Source: an uncultured delta proteobacterium (lineage in GTDB: Bacteria; Desulfobacterota; Binatia; Binatales; Binataceae). From it: 64,000 nucleotides of DNA. A program made the translations under genes and the position numbers. Where the stretch lies: the NCBI GenBank assembly GCA_963711565.1, contig CAVQEQ010000002.1:192001-256000 (forward strand), given 5' to 3'. Below the pieces are notes generated by a model. That model did not search any database and had not been told where the DNA came from. It saw only the letters and a list, made by a program, of their open reading frames with translations. Of this stretch, positions 1 to 10,034 are shown piece after piece. Position 1 is the stretch's first letter. Every line of letters starts with the position of its first letter.

Positions 1-528
1 CGAATAGACCGCGCCGCCGGCGCACGGTCCCATGATTGCGGAAATTTGCGGGATCACTCCCGACGACATCACGTTGCGCAGAAAAATATCCGCATAGCCC
101 GCCAGCGACACGACGCCTTCCTGGATTCGCGCGCCACTGCCGTCGTTGAGTCCGATCACGGGGCATCCGGTTTTGGTGGCGAGGTCCATCACCTTGCAGA
201 CCTTCTCCGCGAACGCGCCCGACAGGCTGCCGCCGAAGACCGTGAAGTCGTGGCTGAAGATGCAGACCTGGCGTCCGTCGATCGTGCCGTAACCGGTCAC
301 GACGCCGTCGCCGGGGACCTTTTTCTCGGCCATGTCGAAGTCGGTGATTCGATGCGTCTTGAACTTGTCGATCTCAACGAACGAGCCGCGATCGAGCAGA
401 AACTCGACCCGCTCGCGCGCAGTCATGCGACCCTGGCCGCGCTGCTTCTTGACGCGATCGGCGCCGCCGGCGGCCTCCGCTTCGCGCGTGAGCTGTTGAA
501 GTCGTTCGAGATTTTCTTTAAGGCCCAT
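1..528 (-). CDS. pccB: Acyl-CoA (propionyl-CoA-type) carboxylase carboxyltransferase beta subunit, 5' part (runs off window start)
   Basis: Manual translation from ATG at 528: [10 protein letters not shown]...[14 protein letters not shown]...[14 protein letters not shown]...[10 protein letters not shown]...[14 protein letters not shown]...[20 protein letters not shown]. Missing from the ORF track because the stop lies outside the window. Confidence 0.9.
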   Translation of the reverse strand, partial: MGLKENLERLQQLTREAEAAGGADRVKKQRGQGRMTARERVEFLLDRGSFVEIDKFKTHRITDFDMAEKKVPGDGVVTGYGTIDGRQVCIFSHDFTVFGGSLSGAFAEKVCKVMDLATKTGCPVIGLNDGSGARIQEGVVSLAGYADIFLRNVMSSGVIPQISAIMGPCAGGAVYS

Positions 529-635
529 TTTGTCACAACCGCGATAAAGCTTGGATAGACGGCAAACAAAAAGGCGCCCATCACGCGCCACGGCAAGATA
601 GATACCGCAAGTTGGCGGCGGGTTAAAGCGGGTCG

Positions 636-1240
636 TCAGGCGCGCTTGCGCGACATCAAGGAAGGCACCTGCTCTTGGGCAGACGACTGAGCCGCCAATA
701 CCAGCCACTTGAAAGCATGCGCCTCGAACAAGCTGTCGCCTTTTCTGCCTGATTTGAACTTCGATGCCGCCGCCTTTAAGTCGCGATAAATCGTTTCGAG
801 TTCGATGAAACTGGGACTTTTGGCGTTCCTGTAAAGAGCATTCGACAGAGCTTTGAGTACTCCTTCCGCGCGGCCGTGATGGATGAACGGGTCTGTACCG
901 TTCAGATCGCTCAACGATTTCGTCAGTCGATGAGGAACTTCTTCGAGGACAAACCACCGATGCGTGAACCTGCCAATTGTTGCCCATGCCACGACAAGTC
1001 CCAGCTCGAAGGGCATATTGAATCGCGGCGTCCGCGGCTTTTCCCGATCGACCTGGACTCGCGAAAGATCGTGAAATGAATATTGGCAACCGCGAATCAA
1101 CTTCACGATTCGATCGAGCCTGCGGTCGCTGGTCGGAATCTCGAGAGTCGCGCGAGGCACAAGGCCAAAACCGCACAGGCCGCAATGAAGGCGAGGTACA
1201 GGGATTCGTATCGTTCGTCGTAAGGGACGTTCAGAAACGC
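636..1240 (-). pseudogene. TIR/nucleoside-deoxyribosyltransferase-like protein ([10 protein letters not shown] family), frameshifted near 1181
   Basis: [19 protein letters not shown] (~1237-1181) is out of frame by one base with [16 protein letters not shown]...HDLSR...[11 protein letters not shown]. Start codon unclear. Confidence 0.55.
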
Positions 1241-1551
1241 GGAGGGTTTTGTCGTTGTTCGTTCCCCTCTTTTGGAATCCGGCTGGCCGACGTTTTTCGA
1301 TGACGAAGATAGTCTTTCAGACTTCCGTACCCGGTCCTCTCGAGCAGCGTCTTCAGCTTGGCGTCGCCGCGAACTTCTTGTCCAAAATCCTCACCGTAGG
1401 TTTTACGAAGCGTGTCAACGCGCGTTCTTCGAGCGATGATTTCTTTTACCAGGTTCTCGATCTTCTTCTGGCGTGACTTCGAGATGCCGAGTTCTCTTGC
1501 CACATCGTCTAGAGATGGGAAGGGCGTAGTAATTAAAACTCTCTTGTTCAC
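1231..1551 (-). CDS. Small hypothetical protein with N-terminal HTH-like segment
   Basis: PSLDDVARELGISKSRQKKIE is HTH-like, followed by RVDTLRKTYGEDF...RGDAKLKTLLER. Overlaps the start region of the downstream gene. Confidence 0.6.
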   Translation of the reverse strand: MNKRVLITTPFPSLDDVARELGISKSRQKKIENLVKEIIARRTRVDTLRKTYGEDFGQEVRGDAKLKTLLERTGYGSLKDYLRHRKTSASRIPKEGNEQRQNPPRF

Positions 1552-1618
1552 AACTTGAGGTTACCGAGGTTGAAGGCATTTTGTCAAAGTTGTCGGCGCA
1601 TCACGCTCGGTCTGGAGG

Positions 1619-2113
1619 CTATTGCGACGCGTGGTTTGAAAAGCCTGAGAAGTCCATCCTGTCGCCGGGCTTGATTCCCTTCCTGGCACAGAAGCCGGCG
1701 TTTACTTCGAGCACGTACTCGGAGTCGCCTTCGACGCCGAGGAGCTTGTCGGAATATGGTTCCGCATTCGCGACGATTCCGACGATCCGGCCCGTCGCAT
1801 CCGCGAAAATCATGTCGAGCGAAATCGGCGTGTTGTGCATCCAGAAATTCCGCGGCGCCGCATTAGGAAAGACAAAGATCATCCCCGCGTTGTCGTCGAG
1901 ATGCTTGCGATACATCAGGCCAAACTCGCGTTGCGGCTCTGTGCTCGCAACTTCGACCGCAAGTGTGGCGCGCGGCTTGCCGTCAGGTGCGACGATCGAG
2001 ACGCATGGACCGCGCGCGCATCCGAGCAGCGCTAGCAGGACGACCACGAACGCAAATGGGCCGACTCGGGTGCGTCCGCGGCGATGCAAAACTCCGTCCA
2101 TGCTCCGCCGCAA
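1619..2113 (-). CDS. DUF192 family protein, probably exported
   Basis: VEVAST..QREFGLMYR...GMIFVF...FWMHNTPISLDMIF...YVLEVNAG, with a hydrophobic N-terminus ending in LLGC. Confidence 0.9.
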   Translation of the reverse strand: MRRSMDGVLHRRGRTRVGPFAFVVVLLALLGCARGPCVSIVAPDGKPRATLAVEVASTEPQREFGLMYRKHLDDNAGMIFVFPNAAPRNFWMHNTPISLDMIFADATGRIVGIVANAEPYSDKLLGVEGDSEYVLEVNAGFCARKGIKPGDRMDFSGFSNHASQ

Positions 2114-2140
2114 TCTAGCGCGTCGATGAGGCGCGGGAAA

Positions 2141-3463
2141 TCAGATCGCGTTCGCTTCGGGCGATATCTCCTCGAGCTCGCGTCCCGAGGTCTCCGGGAA
2201 GAACCACAGGATAGCCGGCGCGATCATCCAGAAAACGGTCAGATAGCAGACCGCCCTCGAGAGAGAACCAGTAAGATTGTAGAGGACGCCCTCAAGGAAC
2301 AAGCCGAGTGCGCCGCCGGTGGTGCCCGCGATCGCTAGCGCGCTACTGGCGGTCGATCGATATGAGGTCGGAAACAGCTCGGCGCTGTAGGCACTGAGGA
2401 TCATCATTCCCGCAAAGTCGAAAAATGTCTCCAGTATCCATGCCGGCAGGATCAACCACCCCGACGCCGTGTACATCCAGATGGTCAGCAATGGCGCCAG
2501 GATCAGGAATGCGGTGCCCATCACGCGCCGTCCGAAGCGATCGCTCATTCGGCCGGCAATAATTGATCCGACGATTCCGAGCGCACCGCCGAAGAAAAAC
2601 AGCGATGAGACTTTGGCAGGGGACCAATTGTGCACGTCCTGCAAAAATTTCGGGAACAGGAAGCCCGCAGGGTTGCCGCCCATCGAGCTCAGGAACGAAA
2701 TCGACAGCATCATCGCCAGCCGTTTGGGATACGCAGTGTACAGGCGGGCAACAGGTTCCCAAACCTTCAGCGGCTTGAGTCCTTCGAGCTTCTCCTTCTC
2801 GAAGCGCGCGCTCTCCGGCAGCACGCGCCGCAGCGGAATAATGACCACCAGCGGAATCAGTGCGATCGCGTACATCCCGCGCCAGCCATAGGGAATCATA
2901 TTGACAAAGGCGAATACGATCGCGGCGAGGCCGTAGCCGATTGACGATACGGAGGCCAGCAGGCCAATGGCCCAACCTCGATAGGCCGCGTCAACTTCCT
3001 CCGCCACGATCACCATCGCGATCGCCGCTTCGGCGCCGGCGAACGCGCGCGCGATGATCTGGAATACGACGAAAGTCCTCTCGTTCGGTGCAATCGCGAT
3101 CAGGCCGGTGAAAACCGTGTAGCCGATAATCGTGTACAGCAGCAGGCGCCGGCGCCCGAACACGTCAGCGAATGGGGTCATGAGGAGCGAGAGGAGGTAC
3201 CCGAGCCGGATTACCGAGAGCATCGCGCCAAGTTGCGACTCGGCGATCTTGAGGCCGCTCTGGATTTGCTTGAGGGCGAGGCTCAGCAGCGCGCGATCAT
3301 ACTGATCGAAAAATCCCGCCGTCAACGCGATCCAAAACACGCGGCGCTGCCGCTTGGTAAAGGGCGGCGTCCTGCCCAGGAAGCCAAGATGGATGCTCTT
3401 GCGGTCCGCGTCCTCGGCCCCCGGACCGGCTTCGGGCTCGACTATGATTGCCGGATCGTTCAT
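2141..3463 (-). CDS. MFS transporter
   Basis: About 12 hydrophobic segments; motif A in ADVFGRRR and SDRFGRR; ELFPTSYRS; PETSG. Confidence 0.92.
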   Translation of the reverse strand: MNDPAIIVEPEAGPGAEDADRKSIHLGFLGRTPPFTKRQRRVFWIALTAGFFDQYDRALLSLALKQIQSGLKIAESQLGAMLSVIRLGYLLSLLMTPFADVFGRRRLLLYTIIGYTVFTGLIAIAPNERTFVVFQIIARAFAGAEAAIAMVIVAEEVDAAYRGWAIGLLASVSSIGYGLAAIVFAFVNMIPYGWRGMYAIALIPLVVIIPLRRVLPESARFEKEKLEGLKPLKVWEPVARLYTAYPKRLAMMLSISFLSSMGGNPAGFLFPKFLQDVHNWSPAKVSSLFFFGGALGIVGSIIAGRMSDRFGRRVMGTAFLILAPLLTIWMYTASGWLILPAWILETFFDFAGMMILSAYSAELFPTSYRSTASSALAIAGTTGGALGLFLEGVLYNLTGSLSRAVCYLTVFWMIAPAILWFFPETSGRELEEISPEANAI

Positions 3464-3469
3464 TGGGAT

Positions 3470-4663
3470 TTACTCGATTGCCAGCGGCAAGGATTCGAGT
3501 CCGCGCAAAAAGTACGATCCTTTGTAGGTCGGTTTCAATGCGGCATCTTTAAGTCTCAGCTGCGGGAACCGCTCCAGCATCGCCTCGAAGGCAACGCGAG
3601 CCTCCATTCGCGCGAGCGGCGCGCCGATGCAGAAATGAATCCCTTCGCCGAACGCGACGTGGTCATTAGGGTCGCGCGTGATATCGAATTTTTCGGGATC
3701 CTTGAATTGTGCGGGGTCGCGATTTGCTGCCGCCACGATCATCAACGCGAATGCGCCCGCGGGAATCTCGGTTCCTCCTAGCTGCACAGGTTCCTTGGTG
3801 AACCGCACGGTTGATTGCACGGGGCCGTCGTAGCGCAGCATCTCTTCGATCGCGCGCGGCAGCATCGCAGGGTTGCGCTTGAGCGCGTCGAGCTGATCCG
3901 GATGGCATCCGAGCGCGAGCATACCGTTGCCGATCAGATTGGTCGTCGTCTCGTTGCCCGCGATCAGCAGCAGCGTGATGAAGCTTAACAGATCCGCTGC
4001 GGACAACGCCTCGCTCTCGTCGTGTGCCGCGACCAGCGCGCTTACCAAATCGGGTCCCGGCTTGGCGCGGCGCTTTTCAATTTCGGCGGTAAAGTAGCCG
4101 CCCAACTCGTCGATTGCGCGAATTGTTTCAGGCGGCTGCGGAGCGCCGGGAACATTGTTGTCGCCGCCGACGAGCTTGTCCGACCAACGCTTGAACTTCG
4201 CGTTCCATTCCGGCGGCACACCGAGCATCTCCGCGATCACCGTGACCGGCAGCACGTTGGCGAGATCCGCCATCACGTCGAACTCGCCCTTCGCCTCGAC
4301 CTTGTCGAGCTGCTCCTTGGCGATTTCGCGGATGCGCGGCTCGAGCTCGCGGATTCGGCGCGGCGTGAAGTCGCGCGACACCAGCCGGCGCAGGCGCGAA
4401 TGCTGCGGCGGATCGGATCCCAACATGTTGCGCGAGCCGGCAAAGAGGCCTTGATACGCCTGCGGCGGGGGCGGCGGTCCGACGCTCGAAAAGTGTTCGT
4501 GATCGCGCAGCGCGGCGGTGACATCGGCATAGCGCGCCACCAGCGCAAACGTCATCGGACCCATCTCGAGGAGCGGCGGCGGCCCCGCCAGCAGCCGGGC
4601 ATAGTGCGGGTACGGATTCGCGCGAAATTCCGGATCCCAAATGTTGAAATAAACTTCCGCCAT
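3470..4663 (-). CDS. Cytochrome P450 (copy 3)
   Basis: AGNETTT I-helix, EEMLR ExxR, FGEGIHFCIG heme-Cys motif. Confidence 0.97.
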   Translation of the reverse strand: MAEVYFNIWDPEFRANPYPHYARLLAGPPPLLEMGPMTFALVARYADVTAALRDHEHFSSVGPPPPPQAYQGLFAGSRNMLGSDPPQHSRLRRLVSRDFTPRRIRELEPRIREIAKEQLDKVEAKGEFDVMADLANVLPVTVIAEMLGVPPEWNAKFKRWSDKLVGGDNNVPGAPQPPETIRAIDELGGYFTAEIEKRRAKPGPDLVSALVAAHDESEALSAADLLSFITLLLIAGNETTTNLIGNGMLALGCHPDQLDALKRNPAMLPRAIEEMLRYDGPVQSTVRFTKEPVQLGGTEIPAGAFALMIVAAANRDPAQFKDPEKFDITRDPNDHVAFGEGIHFCIGAPLARMEARVAFEAMLERFPQLRLKDAALKPTYKGSYFLRGLESLPLAIE

Positions 4664-4677
4664 GATGGGTCGCCCCC

Positions 4678-5883
4678 TCAGTCAGTCGCCATTGTGAGGG
4701 ACGCCAGGCCGCGAAGGAAGTAGGAACCTTTGTAGGTCACCGGCGCGGCGGGATCGGCCAGGCGCAGACGCGGGAAGCGCTCGAGCATCGCACCAATAGC
4801 GATTGCACCTTCCATCCGGGCCAGCGGCGCGCCGATACAGAAGTGGATGCCCTCGCCGAGCGCGACGTGGTCGCGAGGCGCGCGCGTGATGTCGAAACGA
4901 TCGGGATCATCGAACTGCGCCGGGTCGCGATTCGCCGCCGCGAGGATTATGAAGCAGCCCTGTTTGGCCGGAAGATCGGTACCGCCGAGGTTTATGTCTT
5001 CCTTGGTGAAGCGAATCGTCGATTGCACGGGTCCGTCGAAGCGCAGGATTTCCTCGATCGCGCGCGGCATCAGATCGGGAGTCTCGCGCAGCAGATTCAG
5101 CTGCGCGGGATTGCGTCCGAGCGCGAGCATCCCGTTGCCAATCAGGTTGGTCGTCGTTTCGTTGCCGGCGAGCAGCAGGAGCAGCACGAACGCGAGCAGT
5201 TCGTCGGCGTTCATCGCTTCGGCGTCGTCGTGCGCGGCGACGAGAGCGCTCACCAGGTCGGTGCCGGGATTTTTGCGGCGCCGTTCGATCTCGTCGGCGA
5301 AATAGGATCGCAGCGCATTTTTCGCGGTATGAAATTCCTCGGGCAGCGGAGTTCCCGGCAGAGTGTTGTCGCCCGAGACCACCGTGTCGGACCAGTGCTT
5401 GAACTGCTGGTAATGGTCGGGCGGCACGCCGAGCATCTCCGCAATAACCATCACCGGCAGCGCGTTCGCAATCCCGTGCATTACTTCGAGCTCGCCTTTG
5501 CCGACCGCAGCGTCGATAAGATTTTTCGCAATCTCGCGGATGCGCGGCTCCATGTCGCGGATGCGCCGCGGCGTGAAATCTCGCGAGACGAGGCGCCGCA
5601 GGCGAGTATGCAGCGGCGGATCGGAAAACAACATCGTGCGCGCACCGGCAAACGGTCCGTCGTCGTTAGTCTCATTGGGATCGCGCGGCCGCACGCTTGA
5701 AAAGTGCGCATGGTCGCGCAACGCAGCGGTGACATCGGCGTAGCGAGAGACCATCGCAGTCGGCCCGAACAGATCGAGAATCCGCGGCGGTCCGGCGAGC
5801 AGCGGTTTGTAGTGCGGATACGGATTGGCGCGAAACGCAGGATCCCATGGGTTGAAATAGATTTGCTCTGCGGCCTGGTTCAT
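4678..5883 (-). CDS. Cytochrome P450 (copy 2)
   Basis: AGNETTT, EEILR, LGEGIHFCIG. Start placed at MNQAAEQIYFNPWD by alignment with the paralogs. Confidence 0.96.
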   Translation of the reverse strand: MNQAAEQIYFNPWDPAFRANPYPHYKPLLAGPPRILDLFGPTAMVSRYADVTAALRDHAHFSSVRPRDPNETNDDGPFAGARTMLFSDPPLHTRLRRLVSRDFTPRRIRDMEPRIREIAKNLIDAAVGKGELEVMHGIANALPVMVIAEMLGVPPDHYQQFKHWSDTVVSGDNTLPGTPLPEEFHTAKNALRSYFADEIERRRKNPGTDLVSALVAAHDDAEAMNADELLAFVLLLLLAGNETTTNLIGNGMLALGRNPAQLNLLRETPDLMPRAIEEILRFDGPVQSTIRFTKEDINLGGTDLPAKQGCFIILAAANRDPAQFDDPDRFDITRAPRDHVALGEGIHFCIGAPLARMEGAIAIGAMLERFPRLRLADPAAPVTYKGSYFLRGLASLTMATD

Positions 5884-6060
5884 GGTGAGTCGTCCTTGTG
5901 GGTTAATTTCATTTTCATCGCGCCGCATCGATTGCACTGCACCTCTGCGGGCTGCGCGCACTACCAAGCAATGGCAATGCCACCGGTGCGGATCTATACA
6001 ATCGCGCGTGTTTTCATGCAGCCGACATGCATCAACGCGACTGCACGCAGTCCCGCCATG

Positions 6061-7281
6061 TCACTTGAGCGCCATCTCGAGACGGCTCAGCCCGCGCAGG
6101 AAATACGAGCCCTTGTAGGTCACAGGGGCGTCGGGATTTTTCAGCCGAAGATGCGGGAATCGTTCGAGCGCGCTGCCGATCGCGATCGCACCTTCCATCC
6201 GTGCGAGCGGCGCGCCGATACAGAAGTGGATTCCCTCGCCGAATGCCACGTGATCGTTTGGCGTGCGCGTGATGTCGAACTTCTCGGGATCCTTGAATTG
6301 CGCCGGGTCGCGATTCGCCGCCGCTGTGATCACGAACACCCCCATTCCCGATGCGATCGGCGTCCCGCCGACGGTAGTATCTCTCGTCGCGGTGCGGAAC
6401 GTTGATTGCACAGGCCCGTCGTAGCGCAGCATCTCCTCGATCGCGCCGCGCATCAGATCGGGCTTTGATTGCAGCGCCGCCATCGACGCGGGGTTGCGCC
6501 CCAGCGCGAGCATCCCGTTGCCAATCAGATTGGTCGTCGTCTCGTTGCCGGCGAGCAGCAAGAGCACGACGAACTGCAACAGCTCGTCGGCGCTCAGCGC
6601 TTCGGCCTCATCGTGCGCCGCGACGAGCGCGCTCACTAAGTCCGTCCCCGGATTCTTGCGCCGCCGCGCGATCTCGGCGAGGAAGTATGCCCTCAGTTCG
6701 GCGAAGGCGCTCTTGATTTCGTCGGGGATCGGCATTCCGGGGAGAGTGTTGTCCGCTTCGATTATCTTGTCCGACCAATGTTTGAATTGGCGGTATTCCT
6801 CGTGCGGCACGCCGAGCAAGTCGCTGATCACCATCACCGGCAGCGGGTTGGCGAGATCCGCCATCACGTCGAACTCGCCCTTGCGTTCGGCGGCGTCGAT
6901 TAGATTTTTGGCGATCTCGCGGATGCGCGGTTCCAGTTCGCGGATTCGGCGCGGGGTGAAGTCGCGCGAGACCAGCCGGCGCAGCCGCGTTTGCGTCGGG
7001 GGATCGGAGCCGAGCATCGTCGGGGCGTCACCGAATACTTTCGTCTGCTCGTCGAATCCCATCCCGGCCGGCTGGACACTCAAGAAGGTCGCATGGTCCA
7101 TCAGGATCGCGCGCACGTCGGCATAACGAGCGGCCAGCACGAATTTGAATCCCATGTCGATAATTCGGGGCGGTCCCGCCAGCAGCGGGCGGTAATGCGG
7201 ATACGGATTAGCGCGGAAGTTTTCGTCCCACGGATTAAAGTAGATGTCCTGTGCGGCCTGCGTCTCGATTGATCCGCTCAT
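6061..7281 (-). CDS. Cytochrome P450 (copy 1)
   Basis: AGNETTT, EEMLR, FGEGIHFCIG. Start MSGSIETQ, just after the TetR stop. Confidence 0.96.
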   Translation of the reverse strand: MSGSIETQAAQDIYFNPWDENFRANPYPHYRPLLAGPPRIIDMGFKFVLAARYADVRAILMDHATFLSVQPAGMGFDEQTKVFGDAPTMLGSDPPTQTRLRRLVSRDFTPRRIRELEPRIREIAKNLIDAAERKGEFDVMADLANPLPVMVISDLLGVPHEEYRQFKHWSDKIIEADNTLPGMPIPDEIKSAFAELRAYFLAEIARRRKNPGTDLVSALVAAHDEAEALSADELLQFVVLLLLAGNETTTNLIGNGMLALGRNPASMAALQSKPDLMRGAIEEMLRYDGPVQSTFRTATRDTTVGGTPIASGMGVFVITAAANRDPAQFKDPEKFDITRTPNDHVAFGEGIHFCIGAPLARMEGAIAIGSALERFPHLRLKNPDAPVTYKGSYFLRGLSRLEMALK

Positions 7282-7286
7282 TGCAC

Positions 7287-7925
7287 TCACCTTCCGTTTG
7301 TCGAATGGTTCGAATCCAGGTCGCGCACCATCGCGGCGCACACCCGCTTGGTCGTTTCCAACGCGCGCACAAACTCGGGCGTATCGATTTCGCCGTCAAG
7401 CAGGACGCGCTCAAGAGCCAATGACTCGAGTTGCCCGAAGACGATTCCCATCAAATCGTGCAGTTCGATTTCGCGGCCAGGCGGCCAGTCGAGAATCGCC
7501 CTGAGTCCCAGTTCAAAGCCATGTCCAAAGCGCTCGCTGGCGGCGCGCACCGCGTCGTTGAGCGCGGGATCGGTGCGGCTGGCGACGACCAGCTCCAGCC
7601 ATGCGTAGAAGGTCACTCCCTTGAACATCGGCCACATCGCATCGATAAGGACGGCGACGCGATGCTCGCGATTTCCGGGCGGCGGCTCGGCGATTGCGGC
7701 GCTCATTTCGGCGAGCCGCAGCTCGAACACATGCTCGAGCGCACTGACGACGAGCTCGTCTTTTTTCGGAAAATGATGCAGCTGCGCGCCGCGTGAGACT
7801 CCGGCGCGGCTGGCGATTTCGGTCGTCGTCGTGCCCGCGTATCCACGCTCGAACAGGCAGGCGACGGTAGCATCGAGCAGCCGTCGTCGAGTCTCAGCAC
7901 TGCGCTCTTCTTGTAGGGCAGACAT
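7287..7925 (-). CDS. TetR/AcrR family transcriptional regulator
   Basis: N-terminal HTH GYAGTTTTEIASRAGVSRGAQLHHFPKKDEL. Confidence 0.95.
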   Translation of the reverse strand: MSALQEERSAETRRRLLDATVACLFERGYAGTTTTEIASRAGVSRGAQLHHFPKKDELVVSALEHVFELRLAEMSAAIAEPPPGNREHRVAVLIDAMWPMFKGVTFYAWLELVVASRTDPALNDAVRAASERFGHGFELGLRAILDWPPGREIELHDLMGIVFGQLESLALERVLLDGEIDTPEFVRALETTKRVCAAMVRDLDSNHSTNGR

Positions 7926-7956
7926 TGATCACCTCTGGAATGGTGGTAGCTAACAT

Positions 7957-7989
7957 ACAGGCAAGATTGTTACAAGCAATCGAGACTGT
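7957..7989. promoter_or_regulatory. Two imperfect ACAgtC-N2-GacTGT palindromes, candidate TetR operators
   Basis: ACAGGCAAGATTGT (7957-7970) and GCAATCGAGACTGT (7976-7989) lie directly upstream of tetR. Confidence 0.4.
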
Positions 7990-8039
7990 TTCTCTCTGAT
8001 ATAGCCCTATCTTACGAGCTAATTCGCGATCTTATCGGG

Positions 8040-8840
8040 TCAGCGGCCCTTGAAATTGGGGCGGCGCTTCTCCAGGAATGCGCGCACACCTTCGCGATAG
8101 TCTTCGCTGTCGAAGCATCGCGCGACTATCGCGGAGACCGACTTCGGGTCGCGATCCTCGCGATCTTTCAGGCTCTCGCGAATCGCCAGCTTGGCGGCGG
8201 CCATCGTCAGCGGCGCGTTGGTCGCCATCTTGAGCACGTAATCGCGGACGTTCTCCTCGAGCTTTTCGGGATCGACGACGCGGTTGATCAATCCCATCTG
8301 CAGCGCCTCTTCCGCGTCGAACAGGCGCGCCGACAGCAGGATGTCGCGCGCGTTAGCGGGCCCGACAGTATGCGCGAGCATGTTGACGCCCTCCAGTGGA
8401 TACGCGAGACCCAGCCGCGCGGCGGGGACTCCGAAGCGGGTGCCACGCGCGGCAATCCGGATGTCGCATGAGAGCGCGACCTGCACGCCGCCGCCGATGC
8501 ATACGCCGGAGATCATCGCGATGACCGGCTTGCGGCATTCGACCAGCGCGGCGATCGCGCTGTTGGGGGCGTCGCGATACGCACGGGCCTGCGTCGCGTC
8601 GGCGCGCATCGCGGGGAACTCCGAGATATCTGCGCCCGCGATAAACGCCTGCGGTGTGCCGCCGCGCATGACGATCACGCGAATCGCGTCGTCGCTCGCG
8701 AGTTCGGCGACGCCTTCCGCAATCCGCTGCCAGGTCCTAAAATTGAGCGCGTTGCGGACTTGAGGCCGGTTGAGCACCAGCCATCCGATCGGCGCCTCGT
8801 GGGTTACTATCAACGGATCGACTGAACTTTCATCCTTCAC
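8040..8840 (-). CDS. Enoyl-CoA hydratase/isomerase family protein
   Basis: LNRPQVRNAL, AFIAGADISEF, CIGGG, DYREGVRAFLEKRRPNF. GTG start at 8840 chosen to avoid overlap with the divergent GNAT gene. Confidence 0.92.
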   Translation of the reverse strand: MKDESSVDPLIVTHEAPIGWLVLNRPQVRNALNFRTWQRIAEGVAELASDDAIRVIVMRGGTPQAFIAGADISEFPAMRADATQARAYRDAPNSAIAALVECRKPVIAMISGVCIGGGVQVALSCDIRIAARGTRFGVPAARLGLAYPLEGVNMLAHTVGPANARDILLSARLFDAEEALQMGLINRVVDPEKLEENVRDYVLKMATNAPLTMAAAKLAIRESLKDREDRDPKSVSAIVARCFDSEDYREGVRAFLEKRRPNFKGR

Positions 8841-8865
8841 GGATTTCGCACCTCTGGCGGGATTT

Positions 8866-9291
8866 ATGACGATAATCGAGCGGGCTTCAAGTGAGGATTT
8901 TGAGCACATTTGTGCGCTGGACGAAACTGCCCACAGACCTCCACGGTGCCGCCTTATCGGTGACTCGTGCGCCAACGGACGCGTCGCAGTCGCGCGCGTG
9001 GATGGCGTAATTCGTGGCTACGTCATCTTCGATGAGAGTTTCTTCGACCAGTTTTACGTGCGCCTGCTGATGGTTCATCCCGATTTTCGCCGCCACGGAC
9101 TCGCGACCGCGCTGATGCGCGCGGCCGAGCTCGAGTGTCAGACCGGCAAACTGTTCACCTCGACCAACCAGTCGAACCTTCCGATGCAGCGGCTGTGCGA
9201 TCGATTGGGATTTGTGAAAAGCGGCTACGTCGAGAATCTTGACGAGGGCGATCCGGAAGTAATCTATGTGAAGCTGCTCGCGCGAGGCTGA
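8866..9291 (+). CDS. GNAT family N-acetyltransferase
   Basis: Motif A VHPDFRRHGLATALM; TSTNQSNLPMQRLCDRLGF. Confidence 0.88.
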   Translation: MTIIERASSEDFEHICALDETAHRPPRCRLIGDSCANGRVAVARVDGVIRGYVIFDESFFDQFYVRLLMVHPDFRRHGLATALMRAAELECQTGKLFTSTNQSNLPMQRLCDRLGFVKSGYVENLDEGDPEVIYVKLLARG

Positions 9292-10031
9292 AAGACGAAG
9301 AAGTCCACCGGCTCGACCACGCGCTCATGCGGCGGCGCGGTCTTCGCATACTCGCGAATAGCTGTCAGTCCCGCTTCGAATTCCTGATCGGAAAGCTGCA
9401 CGAGAATCGAATCCGCGCGATAGACAAGCTTTTCCGCGTATGCGCTCCAGCTTTCTGCGACTTCGCTAGAAATCAGTTCATGGCGGATAAGCCTGAAGCC
9501 GGCGCTTGCGAAAGTTGATTCGATGAAAGCCTGCGATTGAAGCGCGCGGTTGAGAAGCGGCCGGCTGCTCGGGAAGAACTCGAGGTAGGCGTACCGATCG
9601 ATCCGCTCAATCGTACCTGCGCGCAGGCAAACGGCACCGTCCGGACGGAGCACGCGACGGCATTCGGCGGCGGCGCGGTCGGGATGATCGAAGTGATGGA
9701 ACGCCATCGAGATGAAAACCATGTCCGTCAACGCGTCGTGAAGCGGCAGGGATTCCGCGGATGCTCGCTCGCATCGAACGCGTGGTGAGGCTTTGCGGCG
9801 AGCCTCGGCGAGCATCTTCTCTGACGGGTCAATCGCGGTGACGGTCGCGTCGTAGTAGTCCGCCAGCGCATTCGAGTAGCGGCCGGTGCCGCATCCAAGG
9901 TCGAGAATTTCCGCAACCGAGCCCTTGGGCACGGACTGCGAAATTACATCGAGCCAGTACGCGAGCACGCCCGGCGAGTAGCCGCGGCCTGCGTCGTAGG
10001 CGGCGGGCATATCTGTTTTGTCGTAGTTCAA
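9264..10031 (-). CDS. Class I SAM-dependent methyltransferase
   Basis: ILDLGCGTG, IDPSEKML, RRVLRPDG. Confidence 0.92.
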   Translation of the reverse strand: MNYDKTDMPAAYDAGRGYSPGVLAYWLDVISQSVPKGSVAEILDLGCGTGRYSNALADYYDATVTAIDPSEKMLAEARRKASPRVRCERASAESLPLHDALTDMVFISMAFHHFDHPDRAAAECRRVLRPDGAVCLRAGTIERIDRYAYLEFFPSSRPLLNRALQSQAFIESTFASAGFRLIRHELISSEVAESWSAYAEKLVYRADSILVQLSDQEFEAGLTAIREYAKTAPPHERVVEPVDFFVFQPRASSFT

Positions 10032-10034
10032 TAC

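Noticed and set aside
46-558. 170-aa plus-strand ORF
   Set aside because: Antisense shadow of the carboxyltransferase gene on the minus strand.
3470-7281. Repeated DNA blocks as mobile-element or array repeats
   Set aside because: They are explained by paralogy of the three P450 coding sequences.
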